In this document: in pieces, positions 28,804 to 46,855 of the stretch
How positions within the stretch are numbered: the stretch's first letter is position 1
How the letters are laid out: every line of letters starts with the position of its first letter
DNA from: the human T2T-CHM13v2.0 reference genome, Homo sapiens
DNA: 64,000 nucleotides
Reading direction: 5' to 3' (one strand)
Assembly: GCF_009914755.1 (NCBI RefSeq)
Contig: NC_060932.1
Program-made: the position numbers and the translations under genes
The notes under the pieces: generated by a model
The model's input: only the letters and a program-made list of their open reading frames with translations
What the model was told of the DNA's origin: nothing
The model's database searches: none

Positions 28804-29438
28804 TGCTACAGGAGTTAAGAAGAAATTAGGCAGATAGCGAGGGTGGGAGAGTACTCAGTAAGGTTTTCCTTTTACTGAAAGGTAGCCCCCAAATTATTTC
28901 CATTTCTAACAAAAAGCAGCCTGTAAAATCAAGCTGCAGACATGGACAAACAAGCTGGAAGCTCTCTTGGGTGAATGCTGGTAGCTGTGCCAATAGGAAA
29001 AGGTTACCTGGGACTTGGCATGTTCAAAATGACGCCTCCATGTTCCCATCTCTTTGCCAGCCATGTATATAGTAAGAAGCAGAAAACACGGCGCCAGCCA
29101 CGTGGAAAGCCCATTTGCATATTAGTGCGGGGTGGACAGCCTTCCCAGAACGTTATGTAAACGTCACATGTTGTCCAACCAATCTGTGGACTCTATGTAA
29201 ATCAGACACACAGCCTCTTCAAACCTGCCTATAAAATCTGGTGTATTCCATGGTGGGCCAGAATTCTTATTCAGAAGCCCCTCTCTCTCACCAGGGAGAG
29301 AGCTGTTCTGCTTTCTCTTTCTTTCGCCTGTTAAACTCTGTTCCTAAACTCACTCCTTGTGTGTGTTTTCCTGACCTTAATTTTCTTGGTGTGAGACAGG
29401 AACCCTGGGTATATACCCCAGACAACAATGCTGCTTCG
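28804..29438 (+). mobile_element. LTR9-family (ERV1) solo LTR
   Basis: aggcagatagcgagggt..gcagcctgtaaaatcaagctgcagaca..gtgccaataggaaaagg.. 4-bp TSD CTTA at 28800-28803 and 29439-29442. Confidence 0.88.
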
Positions 29439-29797
29439 CTTATGATAATTACAGATCAGGAGTGTGGAAAGAGTACATTTCCTATTACATAAGAAGTGCT
29501 TAATAATTTACAGAATAACCAAATAATGGAATATATGGGAATATTTAAATTATGTTTTCGAAGAATATTTAATATAGGACATGTTCATATTATATTAAGT
29601 GAAAAGTTGTGTCAGCAAATGTACATTCAATATAATATCCTTTTTATTAGCTATGCCTATTTTACATTTAAATTTATGTGACATATTTATAGAAAAAACT
29701 GGATATGTATATATCAAATTTATCAGCAGTAAGTAAACGAGAGCTGGGATCAAAGTTACGTTGGTATTTAAATATTTCTGAATTCCATATTTTCATA

Positions 29798-29854
29798 AAA
29801 ATATAACCTGTATGATTAAGTAAAATATAACCTGTATGATTAAGTAAAATATAA
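29798..29854. repeat. Perfect 24-bp tandem duplication
   Basis: AAAATATAACCTGTATGATTAAGT twice, plus AAAATATAA. Confidence 0.95.
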
Positions 29855-30019
29855 TTAGCTCATTTTATCTTATGAATTAGTTAAAATAATTCATTTTGAG
29901 CTGAATAAATACATTTCTCATTTATTTACTTCTATGTGAAATGAGTGCTGTGTCTTCAAACTAACTGTAAAGCCTTCAGATTCTTATGTTTGATACAACT
30001 TGTTATCTACACTATTAAG

Positions 30020-30740
<721 letters not shown>

Positions 30741-31023
30741 CAATTATTTCTAATTTATTTAAAAAAATATTTATTTGTGGTCACTATTTGCCAAAGATTG
30801 TTCTTTACAGCAACCAGTTAGATAACTGCATCATAACTAAATGCCTAGACCATTGCAATAATCATAACGGCTTTTACTGTATTCAGTATTTTGCAAGCCA
30901 GTCAAAGACCATTCTTGATTGCATTTGGCAAGACTCTGCATTGGAAATGAGAGAAACCCACTTCAAGCTATATTATTAGCAACAACAACAAATAGCTGGG
31001 AGATTCTTGTTTCCCAAAGGGAA

Positions 31024-32056
31024 TGTGCTAGTAATCCATTTATCGTCTTTCATCTCTAAATCCATGATTTTGCCTGCCTCCCTAAAAATGGACCCTGACC
31101 CTTTCAAAAGTTTTTCCTTGCCAGCTGGCATGATGCTTTGTCAGTAGAGGGCGCTGGAGGGACACTGCAGGAGTAAAGGTGTTTTGCTTGCAGGACTCCT
31201 GTGTTTGCTCTCTGTGCTCCTGGGCTGTGCAGTCATCCCAGTGTCCGGGTACTGCAGATGGGTGTCTCCTCCACTCATGAACTCTACAGCCCATGAAGCT
31301 TCTCTGCCTTCAGGTTGCCGCAGCACCCAGGCGCTACCAGTTTCCCCTGACACCGTCCATACTTCTCCACTTATGATGGCCCAGCAAAGGACCTCAGGCG
31401 AGACATCTTATGAACAGATTTCTCTAGTATCTATCTAAAGGTTATCAATCAGTTCTCACACTGCTGTAAAGAAACACCTGAGACTGGGTAATTTATGAAG
31501 AAAAGCTTTAACTGACTCACAGTTCCCCAGGCTTAAAAGGAAGCATTTTAGAGAGGCCTCAGGAAACTTAAAATCATGGCAGGAGCTGAAGGGCAGGGAA
31601 GCACGTCTTACCACAATGAAGCAGGAGAGAGAGAGAGAGAGAGAGTAAAAAGGGAAGTGCTACACACTTTTAAACCATCACATCTCGTGAGAACTCACTC
31701 ACTATCACAAGAACAGCCGGGGGAAATCTGCCCCACAATCCAATCACCTCCCACCAGGCCCCTTCTCCAATTCAACATGAGATTTGGGTGGGGACACAAA
31801 TCCAAATCATATCAGATTTGTTTTTTGCAAGATCAAGAGGACAGATGTCCAGAAAGTACCACAGAAGTGGTACCACGACTTCTCTGCCACCCAATGAGCC
31901 ACAGCTGTGCCATACCCAGAAAGTTCTGAATCTCAGTCCTGAGGTGGAAGAATGGGAACCCCTTCTTTGAATGATCTGTCCCATCCCTAAGATAGTGACT
32001 GTTCTTCTATCTGCTATTCTGTATGATTTTGAGTTCTCTCTTCTTCTTGATAGTCA
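31024..32056 (+). mobile_element. LTR41-like ERVL LTR, interrupted by a MaLR LTR
   Basis: ccttgccagctggcatgatgctttgtcagtagagggcgctggagggacactg is characteristic of LTR41 as I recall it. Confidence 0.65.
31441..31814 (-). mobile_element. THE1D/MSTA-like MaLR LTR
   Basis: cctgagactgggtaatttatg..ctcgtgagaactcactcactatcac..gagatttgggtggggacacaaatccaaatcatatca. Confidence 0.9.
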
Positions 32057-32119
32057 AGAGTCCTCGATCTTGTAGCAGACGATTACTGAGGCTTGGCATC
32101 TCCCAGCCATTCACATTGT

Positions 32120-35100
32120 AATAAGGAGCAATCCAGAACTAGCATTCCTAGGATCTTTCACCAAGAAGCAGAAGGTGACCCACACTGGCTCCTCCCTTTG
32201 CTGGATGTACCAGCAGAGATTATGTGGAAAGTCCAAGAGAAAAAGGCTAGTGAAAAACCTACCAGGGGAGCAACTCTCTTTCCTATGGCCACGGCATCTC
32301 CAACCCCTTACCCATAGATACTGGGTGAAACAAAAAAGTTTTTTGTTTTCTCACGTAACACCAGAAGGCATCAAGCAGGAGCTTTAATAGATGATCCCCC
32401 TGCCTCTTCAAAGAGAACAACCAACAAAGAATGCAAAAGACAAAAAAAAAAAAAAAAAAAGTTGCCAGAGCTCAGAAAGCCAAAATGTTGTTAGAACATC
32501 ATCCCACAAAGTAGGCCAGAGCCTACATATTAAACCTAAACCAGGTGGCGTGATTGATAAAATAGAAGATTTCAATAGGATCAAGAGTCTCTTAAGAAAA
32601 TATCCACAATGTCCAAGATGCAATTTAAAATTTGAAAATTACTCATCATAGCAAGAAGAAGGGAAATCACAACTTGGAAGAGAAAAGACAAACAACTGAA
32701 GCCAACATTGAGATGAATTAGATGTAGGAATGAAGGACAAGAATTTTTAAAAAGCAATAATGAAACTGTTTCAATAAGCAACTACAAATTTTTCTAAAAC
32801 ATATTAAAATAGAAAATCTAGGCAAAAAATAGAGTTTATTTAAAAATACCAAATGAAACTTATCAAACTAAAAAAATATAATAATGGAAATAAAAACAAA
32901 ATGATTCTGGATGGGATCAATAGTAGAATGGAAATAACAGGAGATGTAATCAATGAGCATCAAGACAGATCAATAGGATTACTCAGTACAACAAAAAAGA
33001 AAACTAAAAAAGTAAATGGATTCTCAGGGACTGTGGGACAATAGCAAAAGATATAATATTTGTGTAATCAAAATTACAGAAGGAGAGGAGTAAGAAGGAG
33101 GGGATAAAAAATATTCAAGGAAAGAATAGACAAAATCTTTCCAACTTGTGGTAAGACATAAACTGTAGATTTAAGAAGCTGTGAAAGAGAATAAACTCAA
33201 GGAAATGCAGAAGACACATACCTAAATTTCTGAAAACTAAGGACACGCACACAAAAATTCCTGAAAGCAATTAAAGAGAAAAGCATGCATTACCTTTAGG
33301 GGAACAACAATTTGTATGGCAGCCAATTTTTCATCAGAAACCATGGAGACCAGAAAAAAATTGGCCCATTTTCCAAGCACACACAAAAAAGGAACTATTT
33401 ACCTCAATTTCTATATTTGGTAAAACTATCCTTCAGGAACTAAAGGAAAATAAACACCTTCTTATACAAAGAAAAAATAAGAGAATATGTTATCAGTAGA
33501 TCTCGCCTTAAAGCATAATTAAAGGAAACTTTCCAAACAGATAAGCTATGCTATTAGCACGCTTTAAATTTCATAAAGGAAAATAAAACAACAAAAAACA
33601 AAAAAAAATGGTAAACGTAGAACAAATATAATAGACCTCATGAACCTTTTAAATCATATCTGTCAGTTTAAAAATATCAAGTTTGATATAATGCTCCATA
33701 TGTATGAATAAAATACTTAAGTCTTAAATATTTGAAGATATTTAAATATTTAAGAAATGTAAAAGATCATGGGACCTAAATGAAAGCAAAGTTTCAAGAC
33801 TTCACTTGAAGTAAAAAAGTTATCTCAGTTGTGAAAAACGTAATATATGTACATACTAGTTTTATAATATCATTTATGTAGCTACTTTACCCTTAAGGTG
33901 GAAAAACTTAACTCCCAGCTGCTTAATTAGGGCGTGTTCAACATGTTCATAGCAAGTTCAAGATGTTAACTTTTTTCAAGTAGTACAGTATTTAAAGAGA
34001 GCCAAAAAGAGTGACTTTACAGTGGAGAAATCTAACAAACGTTAACCAGGTGATCAAAGCTACCATCAAGTATTAATTCATGTTGATTGCATGTGCCCTT
34101 GATATGATGTGATGATAATATTGTGTTACTTCTGTCCTCCCCAGAACACATTACTTCAGTGTAATTATCAGAAAAATGTCAGACAAATCCCAATCGAAGG
34201 GCAGTCTACAAAACACAAACCAGTAATTCTCAAAACTGTCAAGGTCATCAAAATCAAAGAAAGTCTGTGCAACTATCATAACCAAGAGGAACAGTAGAGA
34301 CAAGACTACTAAATGTAGTGTGATATCTTCCATGGGATACCGGAACAGAAAAAGAACACTAACGTAAAACCTCAGGAAATTTGAATATACTATGATCTTA
34401 AGCTAATATCAATATTGGTCCATCAATAGTGACAAATGTACCACACCAATATAAAATGTTAATCATAGGAAAAACTGGAACTTTCTGTACTAGTTTTACT
34501 ATAAGTCTGCAAATGCAAAACTGATTTAAAATAAAAGTGTATTTATAAATAGAGGTTAACAGAATGGATTTAAAAATGGTTCAGCTATATTGTTTATGAG
34601 AAAATAATTTCAAACATAACAATATAGGTATATTGAAAGTATGGAAAATGTGTACCATGCTAACAGTAATTTTTTTTAAAAAAAGCAGGAATATCTATGA
34701 GTATTAGATAATATTATAAAGCAAAGAATATTACCCGGACAAAAAAAAGGACATTATATAATTATTTTAGAAATCCACTAAGATGACATAGAAATCATAA
34801 GCAGGTATGCACCAAATAACAAATCTTCACAATATATGAAGTAAAAATGATAGAGTTGAGGAGAAAAAATGGATAAATCCACAAATTATAGCTGGATACT
34901 TCAATACCACACTTGCAGCAATTAAGATGATTAGGGGAAACAAAATTAGCAAGACAGAGAAATACTGAAGAATATTATCAAACAATGGGACCTCATTCGC
35001 ACATATAGAGCACTTCACTAAACAAAATTCAGACACACATTATTTTCAAGTGACCATGGAACCTTCATCAAATAAAGCACTTCCTGGTCCTAACAAGAAC

Positions 35101-35842
35101 CTAAACAAGTTTAAATAGTTTAAAGACACAAAATATGTTTCTTGACTATACTGAATCAAACTAGAAATCAATATTAGAAAGGTAGCAGGAAAATTTTCAA
35201 ACACTTGAAAACTAAATAATACATTTCTAAACTATCTATAGACAAAGAAGTCTCAAAAGTTAAATAAATACATACATATGTGTATATATACATATTTAAA
35301 AATCTAAGAAATAAAAATGAAAATATCACATCAGCACTAAAGCAGTGATACCAGACAAACCTACAGCATCCACTTGCCCTAGCAAAGAGGAGAGTAGTCA
35401 AATGAATAATCTAAGTTCTTACTTCTAGGAAGTAGGAAAGAAGGTAAACAGAATCCCCCAAAAGGCAGAAAGAAAAAAAAAAGAAGTCAATGAAATTTAA
35501 AGCAGAAAAAATAGAGAAAAATCAATAAATACAAAAGCTAATTGTTTGAAAAAAATTTAAGCCATTCAAGATTTACAAAGATGAAAAAAGAGAGAAGGCA
35601 CAAAATCACCAATATCACAAAAGAAAGAGACCATATCACTATAGATAGTTTAATCTTTAGAATAATAAGATATCATAAATAAGTGTATGCTCACAAATTT
35701 GTACATATAAAAATAAAACAACTCAAAAGACTACATATTACCAAAAGCAAAATAAGATAAAACAAACGAAAAAGACCTATAACCTTAAATAAGAGTGTGT
35801 AATTAAAAATATCCCAAAAAGAAAATACCTTGGCCCAGATGG
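32120..35842 (+). mobile_element. L1MC-type block: 5' end/ORF1, an L1MC3-like 3' segment (~33860-34545), then ORF2 endonuclease region
   Basis: ORF1 text (catcagaaaccatggagaccag), L1MC3 3' text (gactttacagtggagaaatct..aaaactgtcaaggtcatcaaaa), ORF2 text (tatgcaccaaataac..ccacaaattatagctggatacttcaatacc). Confidence 0.75.
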
Positions 35843-36315
35843 TGCCGGGTGCAACCCGCAGACACTGGACGAAAGACAGATGAAGGAATGCACTCAGACA
35901 CAGGTAACCAGTGAAAGAGTGGGCTAGGGGACCAGGCCCCTCACAGACCCTGAGGAGGGTGCTGTAAAAAGGCAGCAGCCGCAGCCTCAACAAACCCGCC
36001 CTCCAGGCATTTATTCAGCACAGATTTAATGACAAAGGCTTTGAATCAACACATTTGTGGAAAATTAACATGATCGCCCTCCCCTGAGAGAGTAGCCTTG
36101 CAGGTAATGATTAAAGGCCAGATTCCCAGTCCTAAGTAAACTAACTTATCTAGATCAGTTTCTTTACATCCCCTTGTTATCTAACCTAAGCTCTTAGGAG
36201 AATTCAGCTGCCTTCAGCCAAATTTTCTTTCGAAGATTTGCAAACCCCTGGACTTCCGAGAAGTTTTGTGTCCTTTTCCTATACTTTCTCCTACCACCCT
36301 GACTGATCTCCTACA
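35843..36315 (-). mobile_element. LTR22-like solo LTR (HERV-K HML-5)
   Basis: Reverse strand begins TGTAGGAGATCAGTCAGGGTGG. 6-bp TSD AGATGG at 35837-35842 and 36316-36321. Confidence 0.88.
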
Positions 36316-36981
36316 AGATGGTATTATATCGTCTCCTCCGAATCACAGGAGAAGGCACTTCCTAATTTGTCTTATGAGGCCAGCGTTACTCGGATAACAA
36401 ATCTACACAAAGACAGTGAAAACAAAACAAGTCACAAACAAACTTCCTAGAGTCCAACATTTCTCATGAACTTAGATGCAAAAAGTTTTCAACAACGTAT
36501 TAGGAAACAAAATCTAACATATCAAAAGAATCTTGCTCCATGACTTAGCGGGATTTATTCTAGGTATGCCAGGGTGGTTCAACTTTCAAAAACCAATTAA
36601 CAAAGACAAATTATACAATCACATTAACGGATCCAGAAAAATACTTAATGATGTTCAACACCCATTTGTGATAAAAACTCTCAGCAAACTAGAAATAGAA
36701 GAAATCTTAAAAAAAAAACAAAAACCTACACCTGTCATCAGAATGGTGAAAGACTAAATGCTTTTCTCAAAATCAGTAACAAGAAAAGCATGTTATCTTG
36801 CAGCACTCTGAGTCATGTAAGTCCTAACATTGTATTCAGCAAAATAAGGCAAGGAAAAGTCTGGGGGTAGGAGCAAAAAGATGTAGCACAAGAGAAACTG
36901 TAGCAGAACAGTTATGTATACTGACGTATTGGTAGTGACCCAAGGCCACATATGTGGTGAAATTGTATAAAGCTCTATAGA

Positions 36982-37351
<370 letters not shown>

Positions 37352-37598
37352 TTAAATCTAAAGAAACGCCTATTGTCAATCTCCTGGCATTGATATTGTA
37401 TGGTATAGTTACATAAGAGATGACATTGTAAGACGTGGGGTGAAAGGTGTGGGGAACCTCTTTGCACACTTACATGGCACTTCCCGTGAATCAATAATTT
37501 CAGAATAAAAGCTAATGAGTTCACCTAATAAACAAAAAAAGCACATGATTTTGAGAGATGAAGCAAAAACACTTGAGAACATTTAAAATCAACTAAAG

Positions 37599-38028
<430 letters not shown>

Positions 38029-38659
38029 TAAGCTTAGGAACAAGAAAGGATATCTACTTGACCACTCTACTTAACTTTGAACTGGTCCCCCTAGGCAGTA
38101 TAATAAGGCAAAGAATTTAAAATAGTAAGAGATATAAATAAAATTACTTCTTTCAGATGATATAATCTTGTTCATAGAAAGTAAAGAACATACAAATTAT
38201 TAAAATGTATGTGTATTTCTAACACAAAGTCAATATAACACTTTTGCATTTTCCTGTATTAGCAACAATTAGAAAATGAAATGTTAAAAGGTATACCAGT
38301 TCCAAAAACATAAATAAGAAAAACTCTAGGAAGAAAATTAATGAAAGATGTTCATGTTCTTTTTCAGAAAGTATTAAGTTATTGCTGAAAGAAAAAACTG
38401 ACTTAAACAATTAGGGGGGACATTATCTGTTCCCAGATTAGAAAACTCAATTTTGTAAAGACAAAAGTTTCTGCAAAATTGCTTAATATCAGGTTGATGC
38501 AAAAGTAATTGCAGTTTTGCATTGTTGAAATTTTGTGTGACATTGGAATGCATTCTTAAATGTGTTTATGTTAAATGACATTTTAATGTGCATTTCTCAC
38601 TTTATTTTTTCTTGCTAATGACTTGTTACTTGCTGTTTATTTTATATTTATTTTAGATT

Positions 38660-39987
<1,328 letters not shown>

Positions 39988-40069
39988 TAAAGATGTGTTT
40001 GAGCCTAGTTATAGTGACTTAACATTGACGGTCCAAAAATGCAATTACTATTGCATCAACCTAATAGAT

Positions 40070-40813
<744 letters not shown>

Positions 40814-41598
40814 CTACCATTTAAAGATGTGGGAAGCAAAAAAGGAAATAGCATTTCAAAATTTGTTATCTTAAGTTGTAGATGTTGGAAGTAACCATGT
40901 TGTCATTGTTAAGATAACACAATCCTGAGTCTTTGGACATGAACTTAGAGTTTCAGTATTTATTTGGTGTGCCTAATATAGAAAAAAAAAATAGAATTTC
41001 ATGGGGAAGCCCAAGTAGAGGTAACTCATGAAATACAGAGGCTAGGAGCCTTGACGGAAAAAAATGCCAATAAACGGAAATATAAATCACTCCTACATAT
41101 TCAAAATGTACATAAAATCTATAAGCAATGTCTTATGTGTGTATGTCATTGTGTAAGCATATGTGTATGTGTGTGTAAAACCAGGAGAGGGAGATTTGGT
41201 TCACTTCTAGAAAAATGGTAGCTCTGAACAAGGAAAGCATACGTTGAAAGACAATCTATGAATTACTAAAAGCTTCCTTTGCCCTTACGTATAAATTTTA
41301 AATGTAAATTTACACACATGGTTTATAATTATTGGTTGACACCTATAATTTTCAGGAGAGGCAATTGTTGTTTTTGCTGTGTTGTGTATCCATTCCTACC
41401 ACAGTGCCTGAAATATGGTGGCACCCATAAATATCTCTTAAGTCAAAATAATACTGAACCAATGCACTGAAATAAAAATACTAGCAGCAGTAACTTACAT
41501 ATTGCAGTTTCGACATAACAGGCATCCTGCTTTATATACATGGATTGTTTGAATTACCATTACAATTGTGTATATGTTAATCCCACAGTTAGTTATCA

Positions 41599-42040
<442 letters not shown>

Positions 42041-42113
42041 CTACTGTAAGACTTCTTTAGAATCTCCAATGAGATGGTACTTTAGCTTTAGTTGTTATTT
42101 ACATTACTTCAGG

Positions 42114-42437
42114 TTTTTGTTGTTGTTGTTGCTGTTTTTTTGTTTTGTTTTGTTTTTTGAGGCACAGTCTTGCTCTGTTGCTCAGGCTGGAGTGCAGTGG
42201 CGCAATCTCCATTCACTGCAAACTCCGCCTCCCGGGTTCAAGCAATTATCTGCCTCAGCCTCCCGAGTAGCTGGGACTACAGGCACCCACCACCATACCC
42301 AACTAATTTTTGTATTTTTAGTAGAAACGGGGTTTCACTATCTTGGCCAGGCTGGTCTTGAGGTCCTGACCTTGTGATCCACCCACCTCCGCCTCCCAAA
42401 GTGCTAAGATTACACACGTGAGCCACCGTGCCCGGCC
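42114..42437 (-). mobile_element. AluS (Sg/Sc-like)
   Basis: Full antisense dimer. TSD ACTTCAG. Confidence 0.95.
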
Positions 42438-42762
42438 ACTTCAGTTTTGTTTTAGGGGGTGTTGACCTCCAGAATAATCTTAACTTTCATGCATATAAAT
42501 CAGTAAATCCTTCCTTCTGCAGCTTCTGACAGATTATGTATTCTGGAGGATATTCTCCCACGAAGATCAGAAAACTCTTCTAACAGATTTTTTTTCCCAT
42601 TATTTATTGTTTTGAATCGAAAAATGAAACTTTACTCCATGGACAATTTACTGTTTTATCGTATAAAGATGAAGAGACTTAATGTTTGGTTCTAAACTAT
42701 TAACCAATTTTACCTACCTAACTTATTTAATAACTAATTCCACCCTCTCTCAGTCACAGTGA

Positions 42763-43068
42763 TTTTTTTTTTTTTTTTTTTTTTTTTTTGAGGCAGAGTC
42801 TTGCTCTGTCGCCCAGGCTGGTGTGCAGTGGGTGATCTCCATTCACTGTAACCTCTACATGCCGGGTTCAAGAGACTCTCCTGTCTCAGCCTTTTCAGTA
42901 GCTAAGATTACAGACACGTACCACCACACCCAGCTAATTTTTGTATTTTTACTAGAGACAGGGTTTCACCACGTAGGCCAGGATGGTCTCGAACTTCTGA
43001 TCTCATGATCCACCTACCTCGGCCTCCCAAAGTGCTGGGATTACATGAGTGAGCCATCACCCCCGGCC
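42763..43068 (-). mobile_element. AluS (Sc-like)
   Basis: Full antisense dimer. TSD GTCACAG. Confidence 0.93.
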
Positions 43069-43829
43069 CGTCACAGAGGTTTTAAAGGACATCTTCATCT
43101 TACATCGAATTATCACAGATATATGGTTCCTTTGTACGTTTTACCCTTACTGTATTGTTACTGATTTTCAATACCTATACTAATTCCACACTGTACTAAT
43201 GATTGTGCTTGTGATATTTAGTGCACACTATTAAATTTTTCTCATATTTTTTCATTTAATGAGAATACTTTGGACACATTTCATCATCACTAGTATTTTC
43301 ATTTGAATTGCTTTACATTTGTAAGTTAATTTTAGAGAGAACGGATAACTTTAATAAATAAAGACATATACTATAGAGTTCAGATTATTTTTCAATATAT
43401 ATTTTCAATGAATATTGATGTAAAGTAATTCAATTAATAGAATTCAATTTACTACTCATTTTTATATTCATCTAAAACAGTCACATCTAGACCAATATAT
43501 ATATATTTTTTAACAGAATTAGTGAGCTGTTGGAACTAACAGGGAATAAATATAAAAGTTCAATGTCCTGTCAGTTATTTGTTAAAGGGAGAGATGCTAT
43601 AGGTAATTTAATGCTGCTTAGCACCCAGCAGCATTCTCGTGAATGCCATGACCCACGGAACCACCTGCCTATTCTGATAAATCAAGTGATAACCCTTAAC
43701 AAACTAAAGATACTAGAACTAAATATTACTTTGGATAATCATTCACACCATCCAAAATAAAGTAGGGTAACTCTGAATAAAAACTACCTTCTGCGTTTTC
43801 TCCCACTAGGAAATGAATATTAGTATTAC

Positions 43830-43975
43830 TAATAGTGATAGCAGTTAACACTTTTCCAGTAATGTGAAAAGAGTTTCACTTATCCCATCTCAATCATCAA
43901 CATAACTCCAGTACATAGATATTATTAAAATGTTCATTTTATGTTTAAGAAACGGAGGCACAGAGAAGTCAACTG
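43830..43975 (-). mobile_element. MIR fragment
   Basis: ttcattttatgtttaagaaacggaggcacagagaag resembles the MIR core. Confidence 0.6.
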
Positions 43976-46214
43976 GACACCCTCAACTTGTACCTATTCA
44001 TCAGTTTATTTCTAATTTACATAATAAAGCACATCTTTGACACTATTCTGGTACCCTTAGCTCAAACTTAAAGGAACTTTTCAAAACAAATAATGTACAC
44101 ACGTTTGACTTTTATTTTAAAATGATACAATATGGACTGAACTTGAACCTAGGCCTTTCATATGCAAACTACATTTGCTGACAAAGGATACAATTAATCA
44201 TTACACTAGTACATCCAGAAATTCATTTAATAGGGGATGGAAATACCAAGGGTAGAAAAGAACCAATAGTGACATTGCAATAAGGTTCAGTATTCTCCTT
44301 GTCAGCAGATAAGATTAGTACCAGGTACTATGGTGAGTGTGAGCTAGGGGCAGACATAGAGGGAATATCTCTAGCTCTGAAGGTGAAAGGGATGCAGCAG
44401 TGAGTTGGAAAATCCTTTAAACATTCTAGCTGCGCTGCCCTGGCTTTGTGATAAAAATCAGGGTCACCATTTAGTATATATTATGCAACTTTGTGCATCT
44501 GGAAATATTTCCCTATGTGAAAGCTCAATTATGCTAAAATATTTATTTATTACTTTATTACGTTGGCTACGCAGAAAGACAGAAAAACAGTAAGTTCATA
44601 TCTGTGGAAGGTCTGACACAGAAAAGCTTTTATTGTGTCACCATAAAAATTATAAAATGGCCAGGGAGAAAGAGGCATAACAAAGTAGAGAATGGAAGGA
44701 GGCCAGCAGGTCCATTTAAGATCATATTCATCATTAAATTACTTGTAACACCACCTAATATTCTTTCTTGGAAACACTTATCAAATTCTATTTCAAAACT
44801 ACTTGCTCTTGTTACTTATACTGTGACCCTACCAACGTTTTCCTCAAGCCACTAAATATTCTCTACATAAAGAAATTCCTTTGGTTTATTTTGCAAAGGC
44901 ATATTTGGTGTTCATCATTTTCTACATGCAGCCAGTAACCCTGTGAACTTCTGTTTGACACTAAATCAGCTTTGCCACATATCTTCTTTTTACATTCTAA
45001 ATGCATTCTCTTTTAAAGCTACTTATTCCTAAGAATCATAAATTTATTCAATGGAGTATATGTAGTTTGTACTAGTTTTACGTTACTTGCATTCATCTCT
45101 TTCCTCTTATCAATGTGATAATGTGATTTTAACCAATGAAGATGATAGATAATTTCTATTTTTATTGTGGTTTAAGAAGGTTACTCATAGCAGAGGTGAC
45201 CTATTTAATGTTGTACCCCCAAAAATTATGGGCTATTCTAAATGATCTGCTGTTTATGTGTGAGAATATAAAAAAGAAAAGCTGGGTTTTGAAGGTAAGC
45301 TGATTAGTTTTGTTAAACTTAAAAAAACTCTCAGCAAATATGAAATATTAGTGTTGAAAATACACTTAGGTACCACTATCTTTTAATACTAAAAATTGAG
45401 GCTGAGATAAATGACCACTTAGTGTTTTTAAAATACCCAGTAAAAGATTAATGTTGAATTAGAAATCAACATGATAGTCAGGTGTAATCATAGCCAAAAA
45501 TAATAATACTAATTGGTTCATTGGGTTTTATGCTAGAAGAAAAAGAGAGAAAAAGTCAGAGGGATAGATTTGGGTGTTATCCACATATATGTGATATGCT
45601 AAAGGAGCATGTATAATAAAAGCTCATTGTATGTATAATAAGCACATAACACACTTAGTCAGATAACAGATATAGGTGACATAAAAACAGACGAAGCCAA
45701 CAGCAATGATGGCCACCTCAACTGGAAATTATTTGGAAATAATTTTATCAGCCTTAAGATTGAAAATGAAATGAGACTGGTCTAAACTTGCTTTAAATCA
45801 ATAAGAAGGCTTGAGTTATTTCAATAATGAGAATCTTTGCGACCGACAAGCATTTATTATACATTTTATGATACCTCTGAAAGAAATAAAGTTACACACG
45901 TATCATAGACCTTATCAAAAGTTTCCACAATTTATTTGACAAAATCCATGCAATCATAAGGTATATTTTGAAAAGGACGATGGTATAAGTGATATTCTAA
46001 TCACTTATTCCACACTTATTTGGGGGGCTACCATGTGTCAAGCAGGGTTATAAAAACCCAGGCATACAGGATAAATTCCCCACTGGACCTGAAGTGCAGT
46101 ATTTCCTTACATAGTTGCATGAAGAAAATATTAGTATTCAGAATGTTAAGTTATATATAAAAAAAGACAGACATCATGTAAATTTGGGAAAAACTTAAAA
46201 AGTATTTCAAGTTA

Positions 46215-46855
46215 CTATAGAGTCAATTTTCGGTGTATACTTCTGTGAATCCTAACACATGCAGATTGCTGTGTAATCATTACTACAGTCAAAATATAGG
46301 ACAGGTTCATCACCCTCAGAAAACTCTCTTGTGCTATCGCTTTGTACCTAAACCCTCCCCCATACCATCCCTGTGAACTACGCATGAATCTGGTTTTACC
46401 ATAGTTTTGTCCTTTTAAGAATGTCATATAAATGCCATCATACAGTATGTAAACTGCCAGACTGACTTATTTTACCTAACATAATGTCAATAGCTTTTTT
46501 AAAAAATTGTTGAATACCATTCCACTGTGTTAACATAGCACAGTGCATTCATCCATTCTCTTGCTGAAGGATATTTGAGTTGACTCCTGTTGTTGGCAAT
46601 TGTGGATAGAGCTGCTGTGAATATCTATAGAAACTTTATGGTGTAAACATGTTTTTATTTAACTTGGGCAATCACCTAGGAGTGAGATTATTGGACCATA
46701 TGGTAGTTGCCTGTTTAACTTGATAGGAACAGGGAAACTGTGTTTTTAGAAAGGTGTAATGTTTTGCATTCCTAGCAGCAGGAGTATAAAAGTTCCAGTA
46801 GCTTTGTATCCAATCTAACACAGTATTGTCTGCATCTTTTATTTTAGTCACTATA
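46215..46855 (-). mobile_element. Old L1M 3' region
   Basis: agaatgtcatataaatgccatcatacagtatgt..ccattccactgtg..ggaccatatggtagttgcctgtttaact..ttttgcattcctagcagc. Confidence 0.8.

Noticed and set aside
33722-33756. 12-bp inverted repeat TCTTAAATATTT..AAATATTTAAGA
   Set aside because: Short, very AT-rich and inside L1-derived sequence, so compatible with chance.
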